64,000 nucleotides of DNA, taken from NCBI GenBank assembly GCA_964016885.1, contig OZ024747.1, forward strand, positions 25,854,001 to 25,918,000. Direction: 5' to 3'. Made by a program: the position numbers and the translations under genes. Positions within the stretch are counted from its first letter, which is position 1. Each line of letters opens with the position of its first letter. Under the pieces are notes generated by a model, which saw nothing but the letters and a program-made list of their open reading frames with translations, had not been told where the DNA came from and made no database searches. This stretch comes from Eledone cirrhosa (lineage: Eukaryota). Positions 31,500 through 43,715 of this stretch are shown one piece after another.

Positions 31500-32260
31500 C
31501 TCCAACATTTTCATATCATTCCTTGTCATTTCACTACTGTTGGTATTCCAGCACTTTTCTCAATATTCGGGCTGTTTCCAGTAGGCATCACTTCTGGGGT
31601 GGTTCAATCCCTAGTATAATGTCTATTTTCGACAAGTAGTTTTCAAGGTTCTTTGTCACCATGCTAAGAGCACCAATCACCACTGGGTCAATGGTGACTG
31701 CCTTCATTTCATTACTACAGTATTTCAAGATCTCACATTTTAGTCAGTATAAGCCCCCAATTTCTCCTCTTTTTATTCAATTCTGGTGTCAAAAGGACAA
31801 GCTACGTCTATGAGAGTACAATTTCTTTCCTTCTCAGTTCTCGTCTGTTGTGTTCAATCTTCATTTCGGTCTGAATTGGGAAGTCCCATAAGTCCCTTAT
31901 CGTTCGCTAACATTCTCATCCTATTTGTGACACGATATTCATAGCTTTTTTTCTGCACATAGAAATCCATACTTTTTACACAAGCTCCAGTGCAAAATGG
32001 TCGCCACCTTATCATGTCTGCCTTTTTTATAATCATTTTGGACTATCTACTTACACCCTGAAACGATATTGGCAACTGTCTCTACTTTCTCCCTACAACT
32101 TCTGCTTTACTGTCTATCTTTCTCATTACCCACCTTGTTCTTATGACTTGATCTTATGCTGCTAACATAAGTTCATGCGTTTCTTCCTTAATGTAGACTT
32201 TTCTGTAACCATAACTAAGTATTTTTGTGGTCACACGCGTTTCTTATTTCCTAAAGGAAT
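31500..32260 (-). mobile_element. Decayed R4-like LINE 3' fragment
   Basis: Minus-strand translation PVVIGALSMVTKNLENYLSKI..QK*CLLETARILRKVL matches the RLE C-terminal pattern. Confidence 0.6.
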
Positions 32261-32867
32261 GCTTTTCATCAAATGCTTTTTACGCTCCTCAGAAATAACA
32301 GTCTTAATGTTTTTTGGGTCATGTTGCTAGTATTGCCAATAAAAAAAACTACGCATTATATGATTTTCACTTTTTTCCTATGTTACAAGTTACTGGTTAG
32401 TTCGTCAAAGTTCTTTCGACACATATTCTGTGACCACCTCAATAACTATCTGTTCTCTTTTGTGCTTCCTCTTCTTTCTGATTTTAATCTGCTACTCCGT
32501 TTTGTCTTTTGTCAAACAAAATAAGAGACAAAACAAATATAAGGTGAAGTAACAGATTAAGAACAGAAAGAGCCTGAAGATCACAATTTTGATCCCTTTT
32601 GTATTTTGGAAGTGTGGTTAATATTGGGCTTTGAAACCTTGGGTAGCGCTTTTGTTCTGTGTATGAACATAAATTAATAATATGATATGATATATATATA
32701 TATATACATATAGGTGTGTATTTATGTGTGTGTGTGTGTTTTTGTGTGTGTTTGTCTGTGTGTAAGACTTATATTTTAAACAATCATAGTCATATTTATA
32801 ATTTACAGCTACCAAAGTTGTTTTTCAATCGCTTCCATCCCCCCCTCTCCTCCCCCTCCTCCTCCTC

Positions 32868-32899
32868 CTACCACCACCACCACCACCACCACCACCACC

Positions 32900-32997
<98 letters not shown>
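32868..32997. repeat. (CAC)n-(TAC)n trinucleotide microsatellite
   Basis: Seen directly. Confidence 0.97.
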
Positions 32998-33423
32998 ATA
33001 TTTTAATCTTTTTCGAAAATTTCTTTCTCAAATATGAAATATTATATAATTATTTTATCAAATGACATATACGAATATTATAATTCTATTATACGAGGAA
33101 ATTAATATTTACACATCTGAAAGAATTTTCAAAAAGAAAAGAAAACCCAGTTATATAGAGTATTAAATATTTCTTTTGTATGTCTAAGGTGTTTACGAGA
33201 GGAAGAGGACAACAACAATGGGAATATTGGGAGAGATAATAAGTATTACTGAAATATATGGTAAGTCGAAACAACAGTTATATGAATATAGATCTGACTG
33301 GATATTGCATTGAGAGTGTTGTGAATATGTGTGTGGGTCTGTGTGTGAGAGTGCATATGTGTGTGTGTGAAGGTTTATGTATGTCTGTGTGTGAGTGTGT
33401 GTACGTGTATGTATGTGTGTGTG

Positions 33424-33479
<56 letters not shown>

Positions 33480-33555
33480 TCTCTCTCTCTGTATATGTAC
33501 GTGTGTTTATGTGCGTGTATGTGTATGTACGTGTGTACGTCTATGTGGGTGTGTG

Positions 33556-33611
<56 letters not shown>

Positions 33612-33772
33612 TATTTAGAGTTATAAACTCAAACAGTCTTATACAATTAATTAGCTCAAAGAAAGAAGCATTTCTGAGCCGTGAAATACAAGTTAATATA
33701 AATTAATATATGATAAACACCTAAGTGTTTATATTGTAAATGACCAAGTTAGCTAGAATGAAATAATTAATT

Positions 33773-33810
<38 letters not shown>

Positions 33811-33815
<5 letters not shown>

Positions 33816-33890
33816 CCCTCAAGTATGAAATTTGTAGAAATTTGTAGATAAAAAAACAAATTTCTACAAATTTCGTACTTGACGACCCAA
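33811..33890. mobile_element. 80-bp hairpin MITE (Tc1/mariner-like, TA-flanked)
   Basis: TTGGACCCTCAAGTATGAAATTTGTAGAAATTTGT vs reverse complement of right arm TTGGGTCGTCAAGTACGAAATTTGTAGAAATTTGT; inserted in (TA)n. Confidence 0.65.
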
Positions 33891-33986
33891 TATATATATA
33901 AATACATATATCAGAAATAACAACACAATCGGTACAGTATATGGAAGGTATATATTAGGTTAACGCTTGAAATAGTAGGAAGAGTG

Positions 33987-34022
33987 TCTTAACGTTTCGA
34001 AAGCTAGTCCTTCATCAGAAGA
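33987..34022 (-). ncRNA. Minimal type I hammerhead ribozyme (PLE pLTR type)
   Basis: Minus strand: TCTT-CTGATGA-A-GGA ctagct TTC-GAAACGT-T-AAGA; palindromic ACGT stem III; related CTGATGAAGGACTA half-sites in a direct repeat at 34141-34208/34577-34643. Confidence 0.6.
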
Positions 34023-34640
34023 AAGAATGAGAAATAAGATAGATTGAATGGACGGGCGGGGTGGAATTGGAAAAAATATCTTCAGATAAAAATAACAGGT
34101 CCATTCATGTTGACATTTCTTGTGTGTGTGCGCATGTATATCACTGGTGAAGGACTAACTTTATTCATATGTAACCCATTAGCAACCACGCAGCACGTTT
34201 ATTCTCATATTTACACATATTTTTTCCCCGCTGTGACCCGTCTATTTCGTTCTTACTGCTTCCTCTTTCTCTGTATCTTTACCCTCTCTAACAGTCACTC
34301 TCTCTGTTAGCCTCTTCCTCACCCTTCACTCACTCACTCTCTGTTACTACCTCTCCTCCTCCTCCTTCTTCCCGTTTGACCTGTGCGTAATTCTTTTCTT
34401 TCGCACGCTTTTTTTCTCTCTCTCGTCTACGATTTCACAGAACTTACGTTCACCGAATTCACAGACTAGATCCCTTCTTCCTCCCGTTAGACCTGTACGG
34501 AATTCCTTCCTTGCTCACATTCCAACCGGAGGTATATGGTCTTTAAAGCGATGAAATACCAATGATGGTTGGAAGATCACTGATGAAGGACTAACTTTAT
34601 TCATATGTAACCCATTAGCAACCACGCAGCACGTTTATTC

Positions 34641-34730
<90 letters not shown>

Positions 34731-35062
34731 GATGATGATGATGGCTGCAACTCGATTTCGAGTAATGCCATCGTTTGATACTTAAGCATGAGCATCATGG
34801 ACGTGGCTTTTTAGTCCTGCCAGGAACTTGCCGATGGCCAGCAATGCCATACATCGCAAAAATGTCCCACACTTTGTATTATATATGTATATATATATAT
34901 ATATATAAGTAAGATGTATGGTAGGTCGTATGTGAATCGCGATGATCACGTCTGACCTACCAAATATGTGACGGTAGCTAGTTAAGCTCTATGCGTATAC
35001 GCAGAGCAGAAATATTAGTGAAAAAGAACAACGGAACTATTATGACATTATAACAAGTTTAT

Positions 35063-35109
35063 TGCCGACAGCCGTTTCGTCCGACCACATGGTGGGACTT
35101 TTCAAGGCA
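35063..35109 (-). ncRNA. Type I hammerhead ribozyme, U3-A8 variant
   Basis: Minus strand: TGCC-TTGAAAA-GTCC caccatgtggtc GGAC-GAAA-CGGCTG-TC-GGCA. Confidence 0.78.
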
Positions 35110-35732
35110 TATAACATGTGACTGTAAGATCATTATCTACATCAACGTATCACTCAAGGCTAGCAGTTTGAATACATCAGCAGCTCGGCTTGTATAGTTG
35201 GGGTCTATATTCTAAGGGGGCTCTTTTATATTAGTTGTCGGGGTCAGGGATTGAAGGTTAAAAATTAGATAATATATAATTTACGCATTAACAGTAAACT
35301 AAAAGACTTGGGGTCCCGTAGAAGCACCTTAAAAAATCCCTCAATAAGTGCATAAAGCTTACAGGCTCCAATAAACCTACTAAACTAGAAGAAATTAAGA
35401 GGCTAATAAAATAAAAAATAAAAATATAAAGTTTCCCTAAAAAAATATATATAAAGTTTTCTATGAAATTCCTTCGAGAGAAAAAAGTTTTTTTCCGAAA
35501 GAAAAAAACTTTCTTCCCCCGAGATCACGTTTACAAATTTCAGAAAACTTACGAAGTTTTGATATTCCCTACTAAGTTGAAAGAAACTAATCAATTAAAG
35601 GTTAATTCAAAGAGCCTTCTATAGTTCTCTCAGAAAAGGCCCCTTTAATATTTTTAATATTTTAATATTTAATATTTTTAATAGGAACCTCCTCCGTTGA
35701 TGTAGATAATGATCTTACAGTCACATGTTATA

Positions 35733-35779
35733 TGCCTTGAAAAGTCCCACCATGTGGTCGGCCGAAACGGCTGTCGGCA
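35733..35779 (+). ncRNA. Type I hammerhead ribozyme, U3-A8 variant (inverted partner; one stem II mismatch)
   Basis: TGCC-TTGAAAA-GTCC..GGCC-GAAA-CGGCTG-TC-GGCA. Confidence 0.72.
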
Positions 35780-35879
35780 ATAAACTTGTTATAATGCCAT
35801 AATAGTTCCATAATAGTTCCTTTGTTCTTTTTCACTAATATATATATATATTATACGTTAGAATATTCATCCACAATTA

Positions 35880-36611
35880 TTATTTTTTCTCTCTATCTTC
35901 ATACATAAATTTCCTTCGTTAATTTTCAAATTCCTTTAATTTATACATTATCTTCCAACGGTTCTCAACCTCTCTATGTAAAACTATATATTTTTTTCTC
36001 AGTTATAAAAACTATCTCTTTCTCTCTATCACCCATCTCTCCCTCTCCACCTTCACTCTCATCTCCTCCCCCTTTTTTCATCCTTTCCACCCCCCCTCCC
36101 TAAATAAAATATTTTTTCCTCGCACATATCCTCCCTTCGTTGATTTTCAAATTTTTTTAATTTATACATTATCTTCCAACGGTTTTCAACCTCTCTATGT
36201 AAAACAATATATCTCCTCTCAGTTATAAAAACTATCTCTTTCTCTCTATCACCCATCTCTCCCTCTCATCTCCTCCCCCTTTTTCATCCTCCCCCCCCCT
36301 CTCTAAATAAAATATTTTTCCCAATATCACACATCAATCTAAAACCACTTTTCATATGTTGATTTAAAACTGCACTATCCACAAGTGTTTTTTTAGCCTT
36401 CATATCATGTTCTCCTGTTTTATCTGATGAAAACACAAATATTATTGCATGATGATGTTTGTTTTTGAAATGCGCATAATAAAATACATGGAACTCCTTT
36501 AACCATCTTTTGATCTTATATTATGTATACTCCAGTCCTACAAACTGTAGAGTGCTTCTTATCCGATATCTGCATTGCTTTATTGTACTACAATAAAACT
36601 CACCTCCTACA
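35880..36611 (+). mobile_element. Solo 3' terminal (pLTR) fragment of the Naiad-type PLE, with internal duplication
   Basis: Homologous to 27300-27723 and to the reverse complement of 22776-22870; ends CACCTCCTACA then (TA)n. Confidence 0.8.
36416..36486 (+). ncRNA. Type I hammerhead ribozyme, third copy of the Naiad-type HHR
   Basis: TGTTTTAT-CTGATGA-AAACACAAATATTATT-GCAT-GATGATGTTTGTTTTT-GAAA-TGCGCA-TA-ATAAAATA. Confidence 0.8.
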
Positions 36612-36829
36612 TTATATATATATATATATATATCCCGTTCAATTTTTTACTATACAATACACGCTCCTACGGCTTCCATACCTTTGGAATATACTTTGAC
36701 TACCGGCTCAACCCCGATCTAATCCGCCGTGACCACTCTCTGAACCTTCCACACATCTTCCCACACTTGTTTTTTTCTTTCTTTGCATTACCTTTGATTG
36801 ATTTATTTACTGTACTTGTTTATTTCTGT

Positions 36830-37095
36830 CTATGATTTTTTATCCATGATTGCCTGCGTTTTTACGATTTTATTTCTTTCTATGGTTTTTTGTCCATGAT
36901 TGCCTGTGTTTTTACGATTTTATTTCTTTCTATGGTTTTTTTGTCCATGATTGCCTGTGTTTTTACGATTTTATTTCTTTCTATGGTTTTTTTGTCCATG
37001 ATTGCCTGTGTTTTTACGATTTTATTTCTTTCTATGGTTTTTTGTCCATGATTGCCTGTGTTTTTACGTTTATGATTTTTTGTCTATGATTTTCC
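36830..37095. repeat. 50-51-bp tandem repeat, about 4.5 copies
   Basis: TCCATGATTGCCTG.GTTTTTACG unit starts at 36843, 36893, 36944, 36995 and 37045. Confidence 0.92.
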
Positions 37096-37244
37096 TGTGT
37101 ATACTCTCCCCTCCTTACGTTATTTCTGTTTGATTTTCCCTTCCCCGTCTCTGCCTATCATTCGCACTCACTCCTTCGTTCAACACCCCCCGCTTCACAC
37201 ACCTGCTTTCTTATTCCTCCCCCTGCTTTCACCCAACGCCCACC

Positions 37245-39968
37245 ATGCCCAGCCTGAGATCCTTTCTCCACCAACTCCACACTAGCCTCAAACTTTTCCT
37301 CACCCCCTTCCTCCCAACCTGCTATCTCCCCTCGGCCCTTCAACTCTCCTACCTTCTCTTCGCCAAAACCCGGCAATCCAGCCACATCCATTTCCTCAGC
37401 CACTGCCTCCACCTCCACCTTATCCCCCTCGGCTTCCGTTTACACTTCCACACTTCCCCCCCCCGCTTCTCCCTCCACCCAACGTATCCTCACCCGATCC
37501 TCGTGCCTCCTAATGCGCAACTCCATCCGCGCCTCCCGCTCCACCATCCGCAAACTTGACTACCAACTGACCTTGACCCTCCTCCGCCTTAACTCCACCT
37601 GCCACCCCCTCCTCGCCCACGCCATCCTCCTCTTCATCCAAAACCTCAACCACGAGCTCTTCTCCTTTCTCACCTCCACCAAAGCCCGTAAGCTACACTC
37701 ACTCCTCCCAACCACCCCCATCCACCACCACCCGCCCATCCCTATGAGCCCCCCATCCACACCACTCTCCCCCCTTTCTCTACCCCCCAATCTCCACCAC
37801 CCACCTCACCCTCACCCCCCTTCCTCCCTCACACACCCAAACATCACCACTTGTTGTCACCATACCCCCTGACCTCCCCCTCTCCGCACCTGAGCGCTCA
37901 CTCCTTAGTAGAGGCCTTCGCTTCATACCCCACACTCCGCACAGCGACGAGTTCCGCACCCGAACGGAAGTCGAGCGATTCGTGCGACGCACGAAGCTAC
38001 AGGCACATTTCGGTCAAACGCCACCGGCTCTGAACGCCCCAGACCCATTTCTGGCCCTGGGCCGACGACCATCTTCTTGGACGCCGGTCCCAGGGCAATT
38101 TAGCACTCTCGACGCGTTCGTCGATGCCAGCCGTAGCGCCGTAAATCGTTTCGACTTCCGCCACCGTTCCAAACGGAATAACATCTCACGGGGCGAACTC
38201 CTCGCTCTCCGCTCCCTCCGTAGCCGAGATGACATCGTCATCAAATCGGCGGACAAGGGAGGCGCCGTGGTGGTGTGGCGCGCGGATCTCTACACGGCCG
38301 AAGCCCTCAGGCAGCTCCGTAACCCCCTCTTCTACCGCCCTCTACCCTCCGATCCCACATCCCTCTACCAACAACAAGTTTCCTCCACCATCCAACACCT
38401 TGTCTCCTCCTCCCTCCTACCCCCACCGCTTCCCACCTCATCGTCCGCACCCCCCGCACCCCACCATCTACTTCCTCCCCAAACTCCACAAACCTGACAA
38501 CCCCGGCCGCCCCATCGTCTCCGCTTGCAACTGCCCCACCGAACTCATCTCCGCCTTTCTTGACTCCATCCTCGCCCCCCTTGTCACCATCCTCCCCTCC
38601 CACATCTCCGACACCAACCACGCCCTGCGCCTTTTCGACTCCTTCACCTACCCACCCGGCCCACAGCCCTTCCTCTTCACCCTAGACATCAAGTCCCTCT
38701 ATACCGTCATCCCCCACGCCGACGGCCTACGTGCCCTCAAGCACTACCTCGACCTTCGCCCCTCCCCCATCCCCTCCACTCCACCCTCCTTCGCCTCGCC
38801 GAGCTGGTCCTCACCCTCAACTGTTTCTCCTTCTCGGGTGAGTTTTACCAACAGGTCACGGGGGGTAGCCGTGGGTACAAGAATGGGCCCAAACTATGCC
38901 AACCTTTTTGTTGGGCATGTTGAGGCCCAAATCTTTGCCCAGTACACCGGCCCCACGCCCGAACTATACGGTCGTTACATCGACGACTGTATCGGAGCCA
39001 CGACCCTCACCCGAGAACAGCTCGACTCCTTTCTCTCCTTCTTCTGCTCCTTCCACCCCTCTCTCCACTTCACCACCTCTATCTCCACCACCCACGTCCA
39101 CTTCTTAGACATCTCCGTCGCCTTCGACTCCTCCCACCACTCCCTCGTCACCTCCGCCTTCTTCAAACCCACCGACTCACACTCCTACCTCGACTTCACC
39201 TCTTCCCACCCCACACACACTAAACACTCTATTCCCTACTCCCAACTCCTCAGGATCCGCCGCCTCTGTAGCCGATATGCTGACTTTGAGTCCCAGGCCC
39301 TTTCCCTAGTCAGCCATTTCATCCGCAGAGGTTACCTCCCCTCTCTCGTCCACACCGCTCTCACCCGCGCCCGTGCTGTCCACCGCTCCACCATCCTCAC
39401 CCCACGCCACCGCACGCACACCCAACTACTGTCTCCCCTTCCCCATCACCTACCACCCCTCCACCATACCCCTCCACCTCCCACATCTTCCCAGCCCCAC
39501 CACTCCCCTCCAAACGCGCACGCAATCTTCGCACCCTCCTTCTCCACAGCTCCCTACCCCCCAACCCACGCCCCTCGGTTCCCTTCCCTGTTCCAGGCCC
39601 CGCTGCAACACCTGTCCCCACATCACCAACACCACCACCTTCCAGGGTCCCAACGCCACTCTCTCTCTGTCCGGCATGCCTTCCGCTGCACCTTCTCCAA
39701 CCTAGTCTACGGACTTCGCTGCACGGAGTGCAGCGCGACCTACGTCGGACAGACTGGACGTCGCCTGGCGGACAGGTTTACTGAACACCTCCGAGATATT
39801 CGTCTCGGTGGTAGTTCCCCATCGCCCGCCACTTTGGTGCCCCTGGACATTCCGCACACCACCTCACAGTCTGTGGCCTACTCCAATGCCACGGAACACC
39901 CGCCACTCTCCTCAGGGTCGAACAACGAACCCTCTTCACCCTACAGACCCACACTCCCCCCGGCCTGA
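37245..39968 (+). pseudogene. PLE RT + GIY-YIG ORF, multiple frameshifts
   Basis: IKSADKGGAVVVW, YFLPKLHKPDNPGRPIVS, LDIKSLYT, GTRMGPNYANLF, RYIDD, KPTDSHSYL, PYSQLLRIRRLCS, PCSRPRCNTC, LVYGLRCTECSATYVGQTGRRLADRFTEH. Confidence 0.9.
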
Positions 39969-40677
39969 ACTCCCCACCCTTATTCCTTTAGCCTTCGCCC
40001 CCCCCCCCCCCTCCCCCCACACATATCTCCCACTAACACCACTAACACAGCCCTCCTTTTCACCGCCCACCCCACAACTAACAATACTAACACCTCCACG
40101 CCACACCCGACCACCCTTCCCCAACTAACATACTAACATCCCTCCCTTCTTTTCCCCCCCTACTTATCACACGCACACACCCACCGGTACATATATACAC
40201 GCGCTCACACTAAACACACACCCTACTACCACCACTAACCCTCACCCCCACACATCCACCCCACCAACCCGCAACTAACATCACTAACACCCCCCAACCC
40301 TACGCACACGAACACACACACCCTCATACACCACCCACTCTACACACCCTACCACCACTGACACCCACTCACACCCGCATTCAACCCTTTCTCCACCTCC
40401 AGTATACTAACACCCACTAACACCCCCTTCACCACACACACACTCATCCAAACACGCACAGACACACCAGTACACTACACTCCCTCCATCGTCCCCCACA
40501 CCCTTCTCTTCCCGCTCCACCCACACCCTTTCTCACACACACACACATTCCACTAACACCTCTACTAATACACCCCCTCCTCACTCCAACTTTCACACCT
40601 ACCCATCCTCTCCCCTGTCCACCGCACCTCCGCACACACTGACACACCGACTTTTTTACCATTCTATCCTACTGCTG

Positions 40678-40740
<63 letters not shown>
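40678..40740. repeat. (TATC)n microsatellite at the 5' junction of the Tx1 cluster
   Basis: Perfect run. Confidence 0.97.
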
Positions 40741-41555
40741 GACGAAGAAACCGTCGCGCACGCATTCATACACTGCCCGGGCGTCACTGACCTGTGGGGA
40801 TATGTAGAACGACTATTGTCGCGGGTGGGACCAATCCAGTTGACCACCGAGTCCATTGTCATGATCAAACCGCCACCCTCCTTCAAAAACGAAGGAGAGG
40901 CGGTTTTCCTTTGTGTGATAGCTATGGCGAAAGAGGTTGTATGGTGGACAAGGTTGAAAGGGCTGAGGTCAGACACCTTTCTCTCCGGCCAACAACTGAT
41001 TCTTTTTTTCAAATACCACTTTGGAAGAAGAATCAGGATGGAGAGAGAGGTGCTGTACCGCAGCAAGTTTTATGAAAGGTGGGTGAAAGTGGCGAGAATG
41101 GCCCGAGTGAATGGGCCTTCTCTCTATATCAGCCTGTAGATTGAGGAAAAGGAGGAGGAGGAGAGGAAAGGAGTACAAGCTCTTCGTACTCCTGGAGATG
41201 AGGGTTGCACATTTTTTCGGGGGTATGTGTTACCCATATAAACTGTCTCCCTCTATTGGGGAAAATCGACTAACTTTTAAATTCCATCTGTGATAACATT
41301 TTACACGTTTTTATTGTATGTAAACTTCCCCCTTTGTATTTGTCCCCTTCTTTTGTGCCCCTGTGGCTAATAAAGAAATATAAAAAAAAAAATATATCTA
41401 TGTGTTACCCATATAAACTGTCTCCCTCTATTGGGGAAAATCGACTAACTTTTAAATTCCATCTGTGATAACATTTTACACGTTTTTATTGTATGTAAAC
41501 TTCCCCCTTTGTATTTGTCCCCTTCTTTTGTGCCCCTGTGGCTAATAAAGAAATA
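40741..41555 (+). mobile_element. Tx1-clade LINE, subfamily C, heavily 5'-truncated, with duplicated 3' UTR
   Basis: DEETVAHAFIHCPG..RMARVNGPSLYISL* (stop 41137-41139) is homologous to the ORF2 C-terminus of copies A and B; 41224-41381 is repeated at 41399-41556. Confidence 0.9.
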
Positions 41556-41586
<31 letters not shown>

Positions 41587-41784
41587 TTATCATAATCTAG
41601 TTTTGTTCAAATTTATTGCGGAAATTTTGTGAGTTCAAATTTTATTTTGATACTATTGTGTAGCTTGACCCCCCCCCCGTCTGAACTGTCAGGCGGTGGG
41701 TCAGCTCATCTTTACCCCTCCTAGAGGTGAAAAACCTGTTTAAAAAAATTTTGTGGCAAAAAAAATTTCAATCGTCTGACAGAA

Positions 41785-43682
41785 ATGTTAAACGAAGCGA
41801 ACGAAAATAGTGGTGGGGGGGGGGGGGGGACAGTGGTAAGAGTTGTAAGCTCGCACGCTTTAGTCCCCCCTTCCTTCCCAACTAACGTCATAGAGAAGGA
41901 AGGAAAAAATAAAATAAAAACAGACGAATCTGCGGAGAAAAATGACGAAAACACAAATCTGGACATGGATTCCAACAACGAAAAAAAAAAAATTTGAAAA
42001 ATTGCATGACAATACTAATACTACAAACAAAGACACAACAAACACAAAAATAACATTTGAAAATAACACCATAATAGAAAGCAAAGCAGACGACAGAGTC
42101 AACAAGATTTCATTTGCACAAAAAACAAAGAAATCTTTGACATATATACCTGAAAATATTTCAGATGTGGCACGAAGAATCACAGACGCCAAACAATACA
42201 TAAGTGAAGGAGAGAATGGTATTTTATCGGTAAAAATGCCTCAAGAACTCACCAAAGACATTGAAAGTCGAACGGTCGTGTTCCGCACCATCAACAACAC
42301 TTCAAAAAAACCTGAACAGCCAAGTCAGGCAGATATCAAAACAGTACTCACAGAAGTACTTAATGAAACCACTTTCATAAGAAAAGACAGACTGTATGGA
42401 AGCCTAGCAATCATTATGAAGAACGAATCGGCGGCAAAAAAAAAATGTGCTTTGTCACCGATTCGTTCGAAAAATTTTACCTTTTATCCATCTTATATGG
42501 GTAAAAGAACTCAACGCATATGGCTTGATGCAATGATGCCAGATGTGGACTACTGCTGGCTCATAGCTGGCTTCATCGATCCAGTGAATGACAACGTGAT
42601 TTCCATTGGGAAAACCACAGGCAATGCGTTCAGTGGAACAGGTATAGAGCTGGTAGTGCAAATGAAGCCTGAACGCATCGCCCAAATACCCGACAGAATC
42701 CTATTAGAGGGCCACGGGTATATAAACATTAGCGTGGAGGGGAGAAGGCCGTCCTGTCATATCTGTGCAGGAAGAGGGCACCTGAAGGCCGCTTGTCCCC
42801 AACTCAACAAAAAGAAAACCCTGCTACCAACACCAGCTCCACCACCACCACCACAACAGATAAACAAACAACAAAACTCAATCCCACCCAACCCGTCCCT
42901 CAGTAAAACTACACCACCACCACAACACAAACAGTCACAACACATTACCCCAAAACAAAATACAGGCCCACCCAACCCCTCACTCAATAAAACAACACAA
43001 CCACCGCAGACACAACACACAACACAGTCTAACATAGTAACATCCATCTCCCCCACAAAGAAAACCAACACGGAAACATTACCAGCAAACATACCTCTTC
43101 CCTCCAACACTGAAGATAACCCAACGAATTCGGAGGAAGAAACGGAGTCCTTCAGACAGATTAAAAGGAGAAAAAGAAAACATGTGCAAAACACACAAGG
43201 CCAAACAACCCCCACCCAAATCTCAACACAATCCAACAAAACAGAAAACACCCCTCCAGCAATAAACAAAACCAAACCTGCCCCTCCCCTCTTCGAAACA
43301 CTCACACCATCCGAAAAAAAGACATTACACTATACTTACATCAACAGAAACAATAATAAATTAAATGAACTCATAAACAATAATCCTTCGGTACAAACCG
43401 AAGGTGTAAACTTTGTTTCTTCAGAAAACTACCCACATTTAAAATTAATAAAGATCCCAATGAACCTCTACCAAAAACTAAAAAAGGATTTTAAGGAGGA
43501 CGTAGGACCACCCTCTGTCAAACCCATAAACCGCGTCCTACTAAAAAGCTTTCCCCCTCCCCTTCCCCTCCCCAACCCCACCACACACTGACGACCCCAC
43601 ACCACCACAAGACACCCCTTCACCCAACACCCCCGACCCCATGGAAGTCGTGCGACCCGAACCCCGGGAAGCGGAAAGGTAG
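41785..43682 (+). pseudogene. Tx1 ORF1 (CCHC knuckle), frameshifted
   Basis: ORF pieces 41785-41997 and 41942-43591; CHICAGRGHLKAAC; collinear with 54309-56189. Confidence 0.88.
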
Positions 43683-43715
43683 GTCTCTACACTCTCCTTT
43701 GGCTCTGCCGCCCAC

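Larger units (their letters stand above)
34905..35841. mobile_element. Non-coding element with ~135-bp inverted termini, each holding a hammerhead ribozyme (probable non-autonomous PLE)
   Basis: 35012-35147 is the reverse complement of 35695-35841; no credible ORF; (TA)n flanks. Confidence 0.7.
36630..40677 (+). mobile_element. Neptune-like Penelope-like element, C-rich, disrupted
   Basis: RT/GIY-YIG motifs in 37245-39968; C-rich 3' region ends at the (CTAT)n that precedes the Tx1 cluster. Confidence 0.8.

Noticed and set aside
36830-37095. Regular ~50-bp repeats as a CRISPR array
   Set aside because: Units are contiguous and near-identical with no unique spacers; eukaryotic context; no cas genes
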